Below are positions 1 through 13,300 of a DNA stretch of 64,000 nt, one piece after another. The number at the start of each line of letters is the position of its first letter. Positions within the stretch are counted from its first letter, which is position 1. A program made the translations under genes and the position numbers. Below the pieces are notes generated by a model that worked only from the letters and a program-made list of their open reading frames with translations, had not been told where the DNA came from and did not search any database. The stretch lies in NCBI GenBank assembly GCA_030141605.1, contig JAQGDQ010000744.1, positions 1 through 64,000 of the forward strand, read 5' to 3'. The stretch comes from Tubiluchus corallicola. Its lineage: Eukaryota > Animalia > Priapulida.

Positions 1-167
1 CAATAGCAGACAAATAGTGCCGAAATACCCAAAATTTTGATTAGCGACTCCAATAAAAAGGCTGCCATATCGTCATTGCTTATCGTAGTTTGAAAAAGAC
101 CAAATCAATGTGCTTGTTGTAGTTCAACTTTATAGGAACTCTGCTACAACAGTGTGAACTGTTTCAG

Positions 168-292
168 GTGAACCAACCGTCTGTGAACATGCTGATGATG
201 TTAATATAACATTCTCCAAAAGCAATGAAGCAGCTCATGTCAAGTATACTAAACCAATGCGGCAGACCATAATGGACTTTAAAGCATGCATG
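168..292 (+). other. Isolated pentraxin-2 first exon in the opposite orientation
   Basis: tttcag|GEPTVCEHADDVNITFSKSNEAAHVKYTKPMRQTIMDFKACM|gtaggt, homologous to 48750-48623 (GEPATCES...[13 protein letters not shown]); not in the ORF track. Confidence 0.8.
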
Positions 293-978
293 GTAGGTGC
301 AGTAGTTTAAACTGTATTTATTAGTGGAACAATTAACTGAATGGATACATACGTGATCATTAACAATTATGTAACAGCACTAAGCGATCAGCTAACAGGT
401 TTAAATGGTATGTATATTTTATTTAGGCATGTTTGTGTGTCCACTTGCCTGCCCAGTATCATGCTGTGAAAATGGCTTTCATTGTTGTTTTTACGTACAT
501 TACTCTAATCGATTGAATTCTCCAATTGAGCAGTCATTATCCAGATATCTACTGGGATTATCTGTGTGATTGCTGCCATTGTTTGTGGCAATATAAATTG
601 TAGTGGTTGTTAACAGTAGTATGCTGTAGCAGTCAAAATCATACACTTTTGTATGTGAAGCTAACGTGCCTTAAAATTTGTGCCCGTTGTTACAGAATAA
701 GTTGTACATGTATTGTGTAATGTTATTCAGCTGTTAAACAAAACATAACTTTTCCGTTCGAAAAGTTATAGCAATAATAATTTAATCGTTGCCCTCTTCA
801 TGGCAAGATAGTCGTTGGTGATAATTTGGGAATCATTTGGACAAGATCCATGCATGTTCTAGCGTGCATTAATGTCCGTCTATATACTGTTGAAAAATAG
901 CTGCTTACGTGATAGGCGCTATAGCTGGTAGCTAACAAACTGTGATAGGCAGCAATCATATCGCTGATTATAGCATTT

Positions 979-1053
979 TCTCTCTCTCTCTCTCTCTCCC
1001 TCCCCCCTCCCCCCTCCCTCCCCCTCCCTCTCCCTCCACCTCCCTCTCTGTGC

Positions 1054-1131
<78 letters not shown>

Positions 1132-1202
1132 TCTCTTTCTCTCTCTCTCTCTCTCCCTCTCCCTCTCCCCTCCTCCTTCCCCTCCCGCAACCCCCTCCCC
1201 CC
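979..1202. repeat. (CT)n / C-rich microsatellite
   Basis: Direct inspection. Confidence 0.97.
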
Positions 1203-1327
1203 TGAGTGGGAGTTTGATAAGACAGATTCTGGTTCCACCTGTCCTAATAATTATATATCAAAACAGTAAAATAAACATCTTGACATCTCTTCTTGACAAA
1301 GCCTTTGCACAAAAGTCAAATACATAC

Positions 1328-4300
1328 CTTTGCATACTCCGTCAGGCAACTTTATTGATCGTGGAGGAAGTTGGCCATGCCCACTTTTGTGCAACTGATC
1401 CATTACTGTAGCATTTGCACCTGCTGTTCCTTTACTTAAAACTATAAATATAGATAACAGTTGATGTCAGAAATAATGCACAAGACAGAGCAGTGAATTG
1501 GCAGCATTCTTCGATGAGAATGGAATACCTAAGTTGTCACAAAGTGCGGTTAGGCACAAAGTTAAGTAACACCATAAAAATGGATACGAAACCACCTCAA
1601 AAACTGCTTCTGGGCTATTTAACCTTATTCAGTATGATGCATAAACATCTAAACATAACCAAGACAACCCACTGCTGCTGATTTAGGATCTGGTTTTAGA
1701 AGATTTACATTGTCAGTAGTTCTAAGATAAATTCCCATCCTGTTACAACCATCAACATACTACGTAAGCTCTGGCATTCAATGCGGGATGCACGCTTGCA
1801 CTGCACCTAATCGTATAAGAAATAAAAAACCAGAACATAGCACTGTAATCGCTTCTTACCAGTATCCCAAGCAACCACATAGGAATAATGTCAAACTTCA
1901 AGAGTCTCACTAAAAACTTTTCTCATCAAAATCATATATAACTTCAAAAAGTCTATTGGTTTAGTTTTTTGCACTTCACAGTTGGCTTACTCAGCTAATA
2001 AAATTATTAACAAGAGGATTTTGACATGTAAATAAAGAACAAATTTACAAGAAATTATTTATTTAAATAACTTCAAGGTTCAATTAAAGATAAAACAAAG
2101 ACACAATTAATAAATTTAGTTTTGAAATTAAAATTTGAAAGAAAAGGAAGAAACATGGATGAGTCAGAACTGAGCCAGAATATGAACCAGTGACCTTCAA
2201 GTAACACAATAACCATAATTAACACTATATGAGAACTTTTGCTTACCAATGTCTGCAAAGTCAATAGTTTTTGTGTAAAACCTGATGTCACTAACAACGC
2301 CGACAAAACTTTCAGAGCTTTTAAACCCACCCTTTTGCTCGTGTTGATATTGTCCGAAGTAGAGGGAACCGCCAGCAGGTATTGGCTCTGTTCCTACCTC
2401 TGCCTTACCTTACAGGACAAGAGGATAAGAATTAGTTCCAATGCAATAAACAGTTACACTTTGAACGAATAATATTTTATTGACTTAAAAATGCAGAGAA
2501 TACCATACACTATTTGTAGTAATAAAAATGAAACGAAGGATACTATGTATCAAAACAAATTTATAGATTTTTTAATATGCTTAACATTATACACAGTTTT
2601 AGTCGAATTTTCTAGTCATTGTCACGCCAACATTTAGGCACTCAATCTTATTAAAAACAGATACTTTCAGATGCCTTATAACTCAACATAATTAGGGAAC
2701 TTAGCAAAAAAAACGGTCGAATAGTGATGGGCAATTAACAGATTAATCGAAGTAATCGAGATTACAACCAAATCGATATAATCGGTGATTGAATAGTAGT
2801 AATTCAGTTAATCCAGATTAATCAAGAGCAAAATATATGTGTTACACACTGTCTACAATGCAGTGTTTTAGCACAAATAAACGGAATCCATACATTTTCT
2901 TCATATTTCTCACCTTAAACTTGCACAACTGCAAACTAAAGTACAGTCATATCTCGGTTTTCGAATGTCTCAGTACTCGCACAAATCGGTTTTCGACCAG
3001 AAAATTCGAGTTGAAATTGTCTCCGTTCTGGACCAGAATTTCGGTACTCGAACAACTGCCAAGCACGTGATGAACACATGTGCAACGAGCCGAGTAGAGC
3101 CAAGCGTAACCGACCGCGCCCGAGAGTAGTCACACATGTGTTTCTGCTCTTGCCTATGTATGCCATCACACTGCTACCAACACGTAAGGTTTTTTCATGC
3201 AGGAATAATTATGTTTTTCTTTCTAAGGAATTCTATTATGTTTGTCTTATGAATAATATCACATCTACTGTTTGAATAAGCATTTTTGCATTATTATAAT
3301 TCGTTTTAGTAATACTTTACAGTTCATTTGGCACATGAGAACGGATTATTTGCTTTTACATTATTTCTTATGGAAATAAATGATTCAGTACTGAACCAAA
3401 TTGGTTTTCAAACACTTTTTAGGAACGAATTATGGTCGAAAACCGAGGTATGACTGTATTGCAAACTGGAAACTTCAAATTCGCTTTCCTAGTTATTGAA
3501 TATGCATGTCTATAGAAATAGCCTACAAGGACGAAAATAGCAGATAGCAGCAAAAGCCATGAAGAAGTTTGCAGACTGCATTTCAGTACTGCAATGTCTG
3601 GAAACTATGGATAAAACACAAAAATTGCCGCAAAAGATTACAAGGCTGTCGATATTGAACTACAAAAACAAGATTATAATTGAATTACAAAATTTCTAAA
3701 TCGCCCATCACTACACTCGAAAATTTAATCTTACTGACTGTTCAATTCACCCCATTACGATTACAATCGACAAGAAGTAAGAGCAGCTTAATATCTTTAC
3801 ATTTTAATGACTTTTAACCACCCCTGCCAGTGTAATTATCCACTGATCAGTGTTCGCTGATACTGAGAAAAGTGACTCTGACTGGCATTGTTTTTGAATG
3901 CAAATGTGAACAGGCAGTATAAATCAACACAACAAATTGAATATCCAGTACAACACATTGAATGTACATTTCAATGACCATCAGGCCTGCAGTCAACCAA
4001 ATGCCACACTAATATTTACTACTAAAACAAAATACAGCAAGTCCTCGCTTAACGACTAATCCCGTTTAGCGATGTTTTGTTTTAACGGCGCTGAAGATTA
4101 CACACCTTTTTTCACTTAACTTTTCGTTTTAACGACAATTCTTTTACATTGCTCAAAGCCAATTTTCATTTTATCAATAACTTTTTTACCTAATTCGATG
4201 CACTAAAACAGCACAAATAGCATTATTTTATTCTAAAAATTCACTACTACGTAAACACTACAATTGTTATACAAGTACATATGTTTTTGCTTTCCGACTG

Positions 4301-7300
4301 ACCACTAAATGCTAGCCTGCTTAGCCGTTTGAATCAAGCCAGACCTGGACCAAACTTTATGCCAAGGAATGTTGCCTGCAAAGTGTTGCTATAGCAACCA
4401 GACTAAGAATCTAGATAAAATTCCCAAGATCGTCCCAAAGCTTGGCTTTGTCTCTGCTGCAGTGTTTATTGTTTAACCGCTGCCTAAACTTAAATGTCAA
4501 TAAAAAAGAAATCGCTAGTGAGATAAGTAATATATATAAAATAGGTGGTTTCAAGCAAGCAGAAAGAAATTAATCAGTAGAAACACGAGCAAAACTCTTG
4601 AAACATTTAATCTATATGTTTTAAGCAGCATTGATTTTTGCCTGTAGAATGTATCCCAATTCTTTTACATTCCTTTCTATGGAAGTGTTGGCTTCGTTTA
4701 ACAACATTTCGCTTAACGTTGCGTTTCGCTGGAACACATTAGCGTCATTAAGCGAGGACATACTGTAAATGTTTAAGACTTCATTGCGAATAAAACCAAA
4801 ATAAGTAAGTATGACAAACCAAAAATCAACCAGATAAGTGAAAAATAGTAACAAATGAATTGAATCTGAACTCCTTGTTATATATTCTACAGCAAAATAA
4901 GTTTTTTCGGGCTTCCTTTCCTTGTCAAAAAATATTTTAAGGTCAACTAAAACCTAACTTGTTTCAAAAAGAACATTAATTTTCCTAGAAATGATTTGTA
5001 AAATTATATTTCTCTGGATCTGTATACTTTGATTTTCCTGCTGTAACCTAGGCTGCCTTCAATGGCCATAGTGGAAATATTGTCCTTGTTTGGTTGTGAC
5101 TGGTAAAAAAATGCAGTTATAATTTTAATTAAAAGTTTAAGATAAATTCACTATTGTACTGACTTGACTAATTGTTTCCAATTACTAACTAATAATACCT
5201 GCTGAGCGCTGATCAAGAAAAATACTAATGTTAGCTGAGTTCCGAGCAAAGCAAATGTGATGAAAGTTACCATCGAATACAGGCGGTATTGTAGTTTCTT
5301 GCATATTGTCTACTATTGGATCTTTGAGAGTGCTGAAAAATATGCAAAAAATTATTTCACTAAACATGCAATAAGATCTGAAAATGCCAGAGCTGTGTCT
5401 ACATTCAGACAATCTTGATGGCAAAAGACTTAAAATTTTACAATTTGTACCAAGCGAATCATAGATTTTATAAACAAAAGTTTCTTTTCATATAAAGATT
5501 ATTTCAATGACCCACAGGACAATTAACTCCTTCAGGACCGTAAGCATTTGTTGCATTTTGTATGGGTTCATGAAAAACTGCTCTCGCTAAGCCGTGATTA
5601 TGTTATATTTGATAATTTTTATAGGTTTCTACTCCTTACACAATGAATTTTCGTTCAAAATAATATATGAAATGCATCTGCTTACCTTAGACAAATTAGA
5701 AATCGATTTTTGAACAAAAAAATGAAAAAAGTTTTCAGTAACTGCAGTGTTTGCACTGTAACAATGTACAGTATCATTCGTGCGAAATCATCTAATGCAG
5801 AAAATTTCAACTATCCAACCTCAAGTCTACTCTATTTTTAACAAGAAAATCCCGTTAAAAGATAAAACGAATTTAATTTGTCCTTGGCTGAAAGGATGGC
5901 TTTTTCTGGAACTCTGTGCAGCAGAGGGTTCTCTTGGGCTGTAGCAAGCAGGCGATCAATAGAATAGCGTGTACAAGCAAGTGTACACCAGACATAGCTA
6001 TTCAATGGGCTAATCCGGAATGCCTAAAAAGGAGTGGGCTTCTTAATTTTATCCAACTAAACAACTTATAAATGTTTAAAGAAAGAGCATGAACGAATAA
6101 CCAAGGTTCGCCTGAACAGAATACTACCAAGTTTGTAATCATTTAGTTATGTCTGTGCTCATACAGTTGTGGAAAAGTCATAGGTATGTCATAGTTATGT
6201 CTGTGCTCATACAGTAGCGGAAAAGTCTCATAAGACCTATTTTGAATGATGTGGACTAAAGGAGTTAAGTCGTCATTTATTAACCCAGTAGACTTAACAT
6301 TCAGGATCACTTTGCATTAGTATATCTCTAAAATGCTTATCTAATGTTTAACATACCAAAGCATTATATCCAATATTGTGTTTTTAGCCTGTGCAGACCT
6401 GGTATACTGTCTGACTTAATGTGAAGTTCAAAAGTAAAAGAAAACGGAAAACTAAGAAGAAATGTTTATACATTTGAACGTATAATTATAAATTATAATT
6501 AACGTATAATTTTATCATACAGATTACAATAAAAGAAATGCCTTTCAGACAACATTTTTTTAACTCACTAAAAGGACGCTCCCTACATTTCTAGACAGTA
6601 GGGAAAACTATTGTGGCATTTTTCCGAATGTGCAAATGAGGTTTCAGAGAAAAAAGCCTTAAATTTTTCAGCAAAAAATTTTCTCATAGTCTACAGTTAT
6701 ATGCACGTCGATCAATAGCACGACTATTGATCGACGTGCATATAAGTTTCATGCAATCAAGCACCTTTATTCTACATGTAACTACCCAAACTTTAGTGGC
6801 TAGCAGATTACTTGCAGGTTGATTTAATTCGCAGGAGTACTCGGCACACCTATTATTCATACAGCCTACACGCACAGTTTAAATAAAGGTGCATACAGTA
6901 GTATCGTAGTGCTCTGTATACTGAGTTTGTTACTATAAATTTGCTGTTCCTTACAGGTTTGTAAAATCAAAACTGATTACTATAAGCTTATTTGCTATAA
7001 ATAGATAAATACTATAATAAGAAACGTTTTTATTAATAGATAAATCATTACTCAGCAATAACCGCTCTGTTCAGTGTTCACAATGCTCAGCTTGCTGGGG
7101 GCCACTGGCTGTCTACTCCACAATGCTCAGCTTGCTGGGGGCCACTGGCTGTCTACTGTACTGCGGTTGTTAATTCCTGACGTGACGTCACAGGTCTCAG
7201 TGTCATAACGGGCGACAATATGTGTGACAGTACCAACTTAATTTAAGTTACCATATCACATGAAAGCATGCATCAAAACTGTTTTAAAAATTAGAAAATA

Positions 7301-10300
7301 TGTAATTGCACCTATTATTATAAAAGAAAATAACATAAAAAAATAGTGTCATAGGACCTTTAATGTTCAGAACCATACTGCATTAGTATATCTCTAAAAT
7401 GCTTATCAAACGTCTAACATAACAGAGCATTATATCCAATACTGTGTTTTTTCCATATTTAGCACTAAATTATTGGCCAGAGTGCATAACATAAAATACT
7501 TTTTCCATATTTTTCTAACAGACTAGACAATCAGATTTCTACAATTTTAGTATGTCAGATTAGTACATAATAACTTACAAGTTTTTCTACCATTTAGTGC
7601 AGACTGTGCAAAACTTACAAATTCTTAAAGTTTAGCTCCACCTCATAGGAATAAAACCATGATGTCTTTAGGCTAAATTCGTTAACATCACTTCGAGTCC
7701 CAGTGGAGTAAGAAAAGAGGGTCATAGGCGTATGTCCAGGAATTGGCCATGTGGTAACCTTGACCCACTGAAAAAGCAAACTTCAAATTACAAGATCTGG
7801 GTCAATGGCAAATACCATGCTTTTTTGGTGTTTCAGGGGTTAACTGGATAAGTCCTGCATCCACACGGTGTCCAATTCTTAAATGGTTATCCCTGCAAAG
7901 ATGCCAGACAACACAAGGGATAATTTTGTGTTGCAAATTTTTACAGCAAGAAAAATAAAAAATTGAAAATTTTTCAGGTAACACAATCTTTTTCATTCAG
8001 AAGTAAAATGATATCTAATGATTCCAAGCCAATCCAATAAAAAGTTCTAAAATTGCATGAGTTAAAATAGGAATACAGTTAAATGTGCAAATTCGGTCAT
8101 AAGTAACATTTTGAGATCTGGGCATCTAGAACTCAACCACCTGAGAAATTATTTTATATAGTCATTATCAATTTTCACAAAGACAATCGTTTGATGAAAC
8201 AAAACAGATGAATAAGATCACAAATATTAATGGACCAAGTGAATGTCAAAAAGAAGTGCGAAAAAATCATTACTAAACTTGGATTTGAACAAGGAACCTT
8301 TGGTTCACAAATTTAAGTATATATATATAATACATATATATATATATTAATACTTTATTGTAATAAAACATACACAAACTGCACAATGATAAAATCACAA
8401 AATATGTAAATAATTGCATATGTTCAGTCTTTGTTCAGCCAGATTGTTAGTAAATACAGTGTTCCCTGGCTACTTTGCGGTTCGTTTATCGCGGACTCGC
8501 TGTTTCGCGGGTTTTTCCGCTACCCCGTCTAAAGTCTTTTTGCACATGCGTAGTACGTATTGTACAGTAATGTATGCACCAAATACAAAATGTAGTACTT
8601 GCGCCCGCTTAAGATGCTACTTGCTGACATGAGATTGTACACAACACACGATTGGTTGATTGATGGAGACTTATAAAGACTTAAAATGCATAACTACTGA
8701 AATAAGTATTGCATCCCTACTTCGCGGAAATTCACTTGTCGCGGGTGGGCCTGGAACAAAACATCCGCGATAAGTGAGGGAACACTGTACATGATTAAAA
8801 ACATTGATGACGCGATGTTAGTAAATACTTAAAAAGTTTACAATTCAGATTTTTTTACACACAGTTAAAAATACTTTTAGCTTAAGTTTATGTATAAAAC
8901 ACAAGTTTATAAAGAAAGTTATACATTCACATTTATATTTACATATGTATAATTTTACATGATTAAAGACTATAACTACAGTTGGCTGATTGGTTTTTTG
9001 TTTTAGTTCGTCAGTCGCTAAATTGTCAAATAAAAATATAGTATTTTAAATTACCAGCAATATACCAGGATAGTCTCTCATGATTAGTTTATCATTTTTT
9101 TACAGGCCGGTATTGAATAATTTGTTAGCAAAGTATCTTTTAATTTTTTTTAAGCTTCTCAGGCTAGTTGATGATTTGAGTTTCAGTAGGGCTATATTCT
9201 AAAAATTGACTGCTGTTTTTGAAAGTGATTCATTGAAGTACTAAATAGATCTTTGAAGAGCATAAACGTGCATATACTATTACTATTACTATTACAGCTA
9301 CTATTACTATTTACAAGGTTTTCTTTTCTACATTATCAAGTCTTTTATTATATATATTATATAATGTATTTAATTATATAATATATAATATATTACATTA
9401 TATAATGTTCATGTGATAATTTAGATCTAGTATAACAGTCGTATTTATTACTGTATTTACCGTATCTATTTGATATTACACCACCATATTTTTCTGTAGA
9501 AATCGTCTCCTTAACATTTGCCACTTCTTAAATATTATAAATTCCTACTTGCTAACTTCTTTTTTGTAAGTTTATTTTAATTTTGTATTTAATTTACTGC
9601 TTAATTGTTCTAATACCATGCATATTGAGAAATCCACCAGTTCTGGAATAGCCTTCCTATATGTAAGATGCATTGAATCACTTTGTTTGGGAAAATTCAC
9701 TGTTGTTCCGCTAAGCAAATCGCATTCACGAAATTCTTCTGCAAGAAAAAGCCAAAAAATTCCATGTAACATAATAAGAAATATCATAAATAGCTTTAAC
9801 CCACATCCATGGCAAATGTTCAACAAGATAGAGCACGTACAGCAATTTTGCAGCTGTTTTTTTATGGCATCCACAACAACGAAAGCGATAACAGTGCATG
9901 ACCACTTGGACCCAATTAATCATCCTGCTATCCAGAACTAAATTTCATCTTGCAGTATGTGAAACTTTATAAAAAAATAAAATAAAGCTTACCTGTGGTA
10001 CAGTCAACTTCTTGAATTATGTTCCACTGATATTGAGTTGCAATTTCATCAGCTGTGCTACTGTAGATGGAGCCACATGTTCCCTTATTTTTACAATGAC
10101 TAGCCTCCCACGTGTGCTCTAGGAATAATATTACAGGAGATTAGATAAGATGGCACAGGATTACATTAGCAATGAATTTTAATAGACACTGGACATTGGA
10201 CACTGGATATTAGCTTAGAAATCTGACAAAGAGATAGCGTAGCCAAAAATATGCTCTTAATGCTCATTTTAAATTTTTTTAACATTCATAAATCCAGCCT

Positions 10301-13300
10301 ATCTCTGTCATTTTTCAATTTCAAACACGTTTGAAATAAAAACAAAATACATGCACATCTTGACAGAGTTCTTCACACACGTCCCACAAGAATAGGTACC
10401 GGAAAATATCACTTCTCGTGACATACTCTGTCAGAACTTCAAAGAAAAAACATTTAACAAGAAATCTGTTTCATTTCTTACTGGCTAACTGATTTCTCCC
10501 AGCAATGTTTTGCATCATGAACTGTTCACATTGAAAAAAGTCAAATTCATGTTAGTTCATGCTGTGAATATGTTTAGTGAACATTTTTCACCAATTGCAT
10601 CTATGGCTATTTAAATCTAAATAAGCAGAAGCGATATTATGATCTACCGAATATGCCTTTTCACAGTTCCATGGACTGGCGATCATCGTGAATATCTTAA
10701 TACCTTAACATTCTTGTTGCCAAATGGACAGTACATTCGCACTTACTGAAACCAGTCAAATCAAATTTGAACTAGTAAGCCTTTTCACAGTTCCAGCAAT
10801 TAACGATGATCACGAGAAAGTCAAAGGTTAAGTGAACCAAACAATGCATTTGCATACACTTGACAAAGCCTTGCAGCCCTTGCAATCCTATTGCAATAGC
10901 AACAGATTTAACAGCTAGCTGGAACCTTACCTAGTTCATTTTTTTGTTCCCAAGCAAGATCCTGCTAGTAAATCACTCCGTGCACAGACTAATACATAAT
11001 TAAATAAAATCCACATAAAACAGTCGAAGTTACTGAACTGATGTGGCAGACAGCTGTGCTTTACTCACACATCACATGACGGTTGTAGTGAAGAAGTTTT
11101 TTTGGGGTTCACTTCGCCTTTAACTTATAGCAACTGCACATGCGCATAACAAAACTGTGAAAAGGCTTATTAACACAGGATGAACTAAGGGACTGACTGA
11201 CACAAGTTATTGATAAAAATGATGATGAAGTGGAGTTAAAATTTACCTAATTCACACAGATCACCAGCAAAACCTGACGGACATTTACACTTGATGCAAT
11301 CCGTGCCTATAGCACAGGAGCCACCATTCAAACATGGATTTACACTGCAATTATAAACACCTGAAAACACAAATTCAACAATGATAAGAATGTCACATTT
11401 CCTAACTGTTCTAAACACATAAGCACTGTTCTCTATTTGAGTGATGGCTAAATTTTCAAAGAACATCACTATAGCACTTTTTTGGTCGACAAACTTTGGC
11501 ACAGTGATTAGTGATTTTATTCAAAGTCTGTAATAAACTCCAGTATTCTTACTTGCAAGCGTGAGCACCAAATTTTGATGTGGAAATGTGGAGATTCCAC
11601 AAAAGCTAGAAAACATTGGCAATAAAAGAAAATAATTTTTGTCGAATATGAAAGAATTGAGTTTTTTAATATTTCAAGCTTTAAATGTCATAACTAAAAG
11701 TAAAAGTAAAACTAAAAAGTTGCGACACTTATGACTGTATCTCGCACGAGTAAACTAAAATAAAGTTTATAGTATTCACGGAATTCATGATATATTCTCT
11801 TCTCTTCATACTAGTATATTAATCTTTTCCCCATTTTATTTTTTTGATGTAACGTGCGAGTTAAATTTAAAAGTGAGTCTGTAACTTGTGTATAACAAAC
11901 CTTTGTGCGTTTCGCATCGAGTTATTCTGTACTGCAGCTTAAGAACAACAATTAATAAGCTTAACATCCACATAATTTTAAAACAACTTTAACAAATGGC
12001 TTAAAAGGAACAATGTTTTTCGTCAATAGATAAAAATTCTCATGCACAAAACTTGTCTGCTGGGATTCCACGCCGCTTCTGCACCTCAGCTGGTATGGAA
12101 GCTTAAAAGTAAAAACGACATGATAGACAGGTCAAATAAGGTTTGTTTATCACGCTCGCTGTCTAGGAAGTGGTGCTGACAAGCCACTGCAGTACACAGC
12201 AGTGTCAAGTTTTTGCTGGTTTAGTGCTGTGTTTATCTATCTTCAATGGTGGCTCGTGTATAGGCACTGTGGAATTGCAGCAACCCCCTATTTTCACTCG
12301 ATATTATCGATAATAATTACTTAATATAAAAAATATTTTTGTAGTTCTTCTTTCTTTATACTTGCATGGAACCAGAGCACGAGAGTGTAGTACTGTTTGC
12401 TTCACAGCCCAGCACAGTGTGCTTCAGCAATGCATTGTCTAGCTGTAGTACGCATGCAGCCATGCGCACATGTCTGAACCCAGTTAGAAAAAGTACTGTC
12501 ACTCACACAGTTTGTTGTCAGTTGTCACAATGCTTACAGTGAATCAAGCTGAACTGTGACAAATAAGGTTATTAGTAAGCAAAGAATATTTTTCTGTTTA
12601 GGATTTTATCAAGTGTGCATGTAAACTTTCCCATGTTTGTTTGTTTAAAATTACAATTACGAATTACAACATTCAAATTACATATGTTTGTTTCGTTTTA
12701 CACAGTATTAAACCAATTTCTAAAAAATTTCTGAAGCAGCACCCCCCCCCCCCCCCACCACCACTAATTTTAGTTACGAGCCGCCACTGCCTGTCTTGAG
12801 GGGCCTGATTACCTTTATTTCACGATTCCGCCTGTACAGCGGACATAATTATGATGATGATGATCACTAGGGGTAAGCATCGAACGTTCGAGTTCGAACA
12901 AGTTTTTTTTAGTTCGAATTCGATTGGAACCTAATACTACAGATTTGAATAATTCAGCACTTCAATCACATATGTTCTTTATAATAAAACGTTTGAAATG
13001 TCATGAAATTAGCATGCTTTAGCTGTGATCTCTGTGCAAAATTTTAAACGAATTATTGGTGGTTTTATTGCAGAAGAAAATCGAGTAATATGCATGATCC
13101 TTGTGAGACTGATTTTTACTGGTGGTTCGAAAACTTGTTCGAAAATCTTTCAGTCTTAATTCGAATTCGAAACACTGAAGTTCGGTTCGATTCGAAAGTA
13201 ACAAATTCGATTCGATTCGAATTCGCTTTCTAGTGGAAAATGCTGACCCCTAGTGATCACACCATTGTCATTTTAATAATTTTAATAACGATAACTTTAC

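Noticed and set aside
798-1238. ORFs with ER and LS/P repeats
   Set aside because: Translations of the (CT)n microsatellite.
4970-5100. GQY-containing stretch after an acceptor-like site on the minus strand
   Set aside because: In-frame stop; the real next pentraxin exon is 2408-2247.
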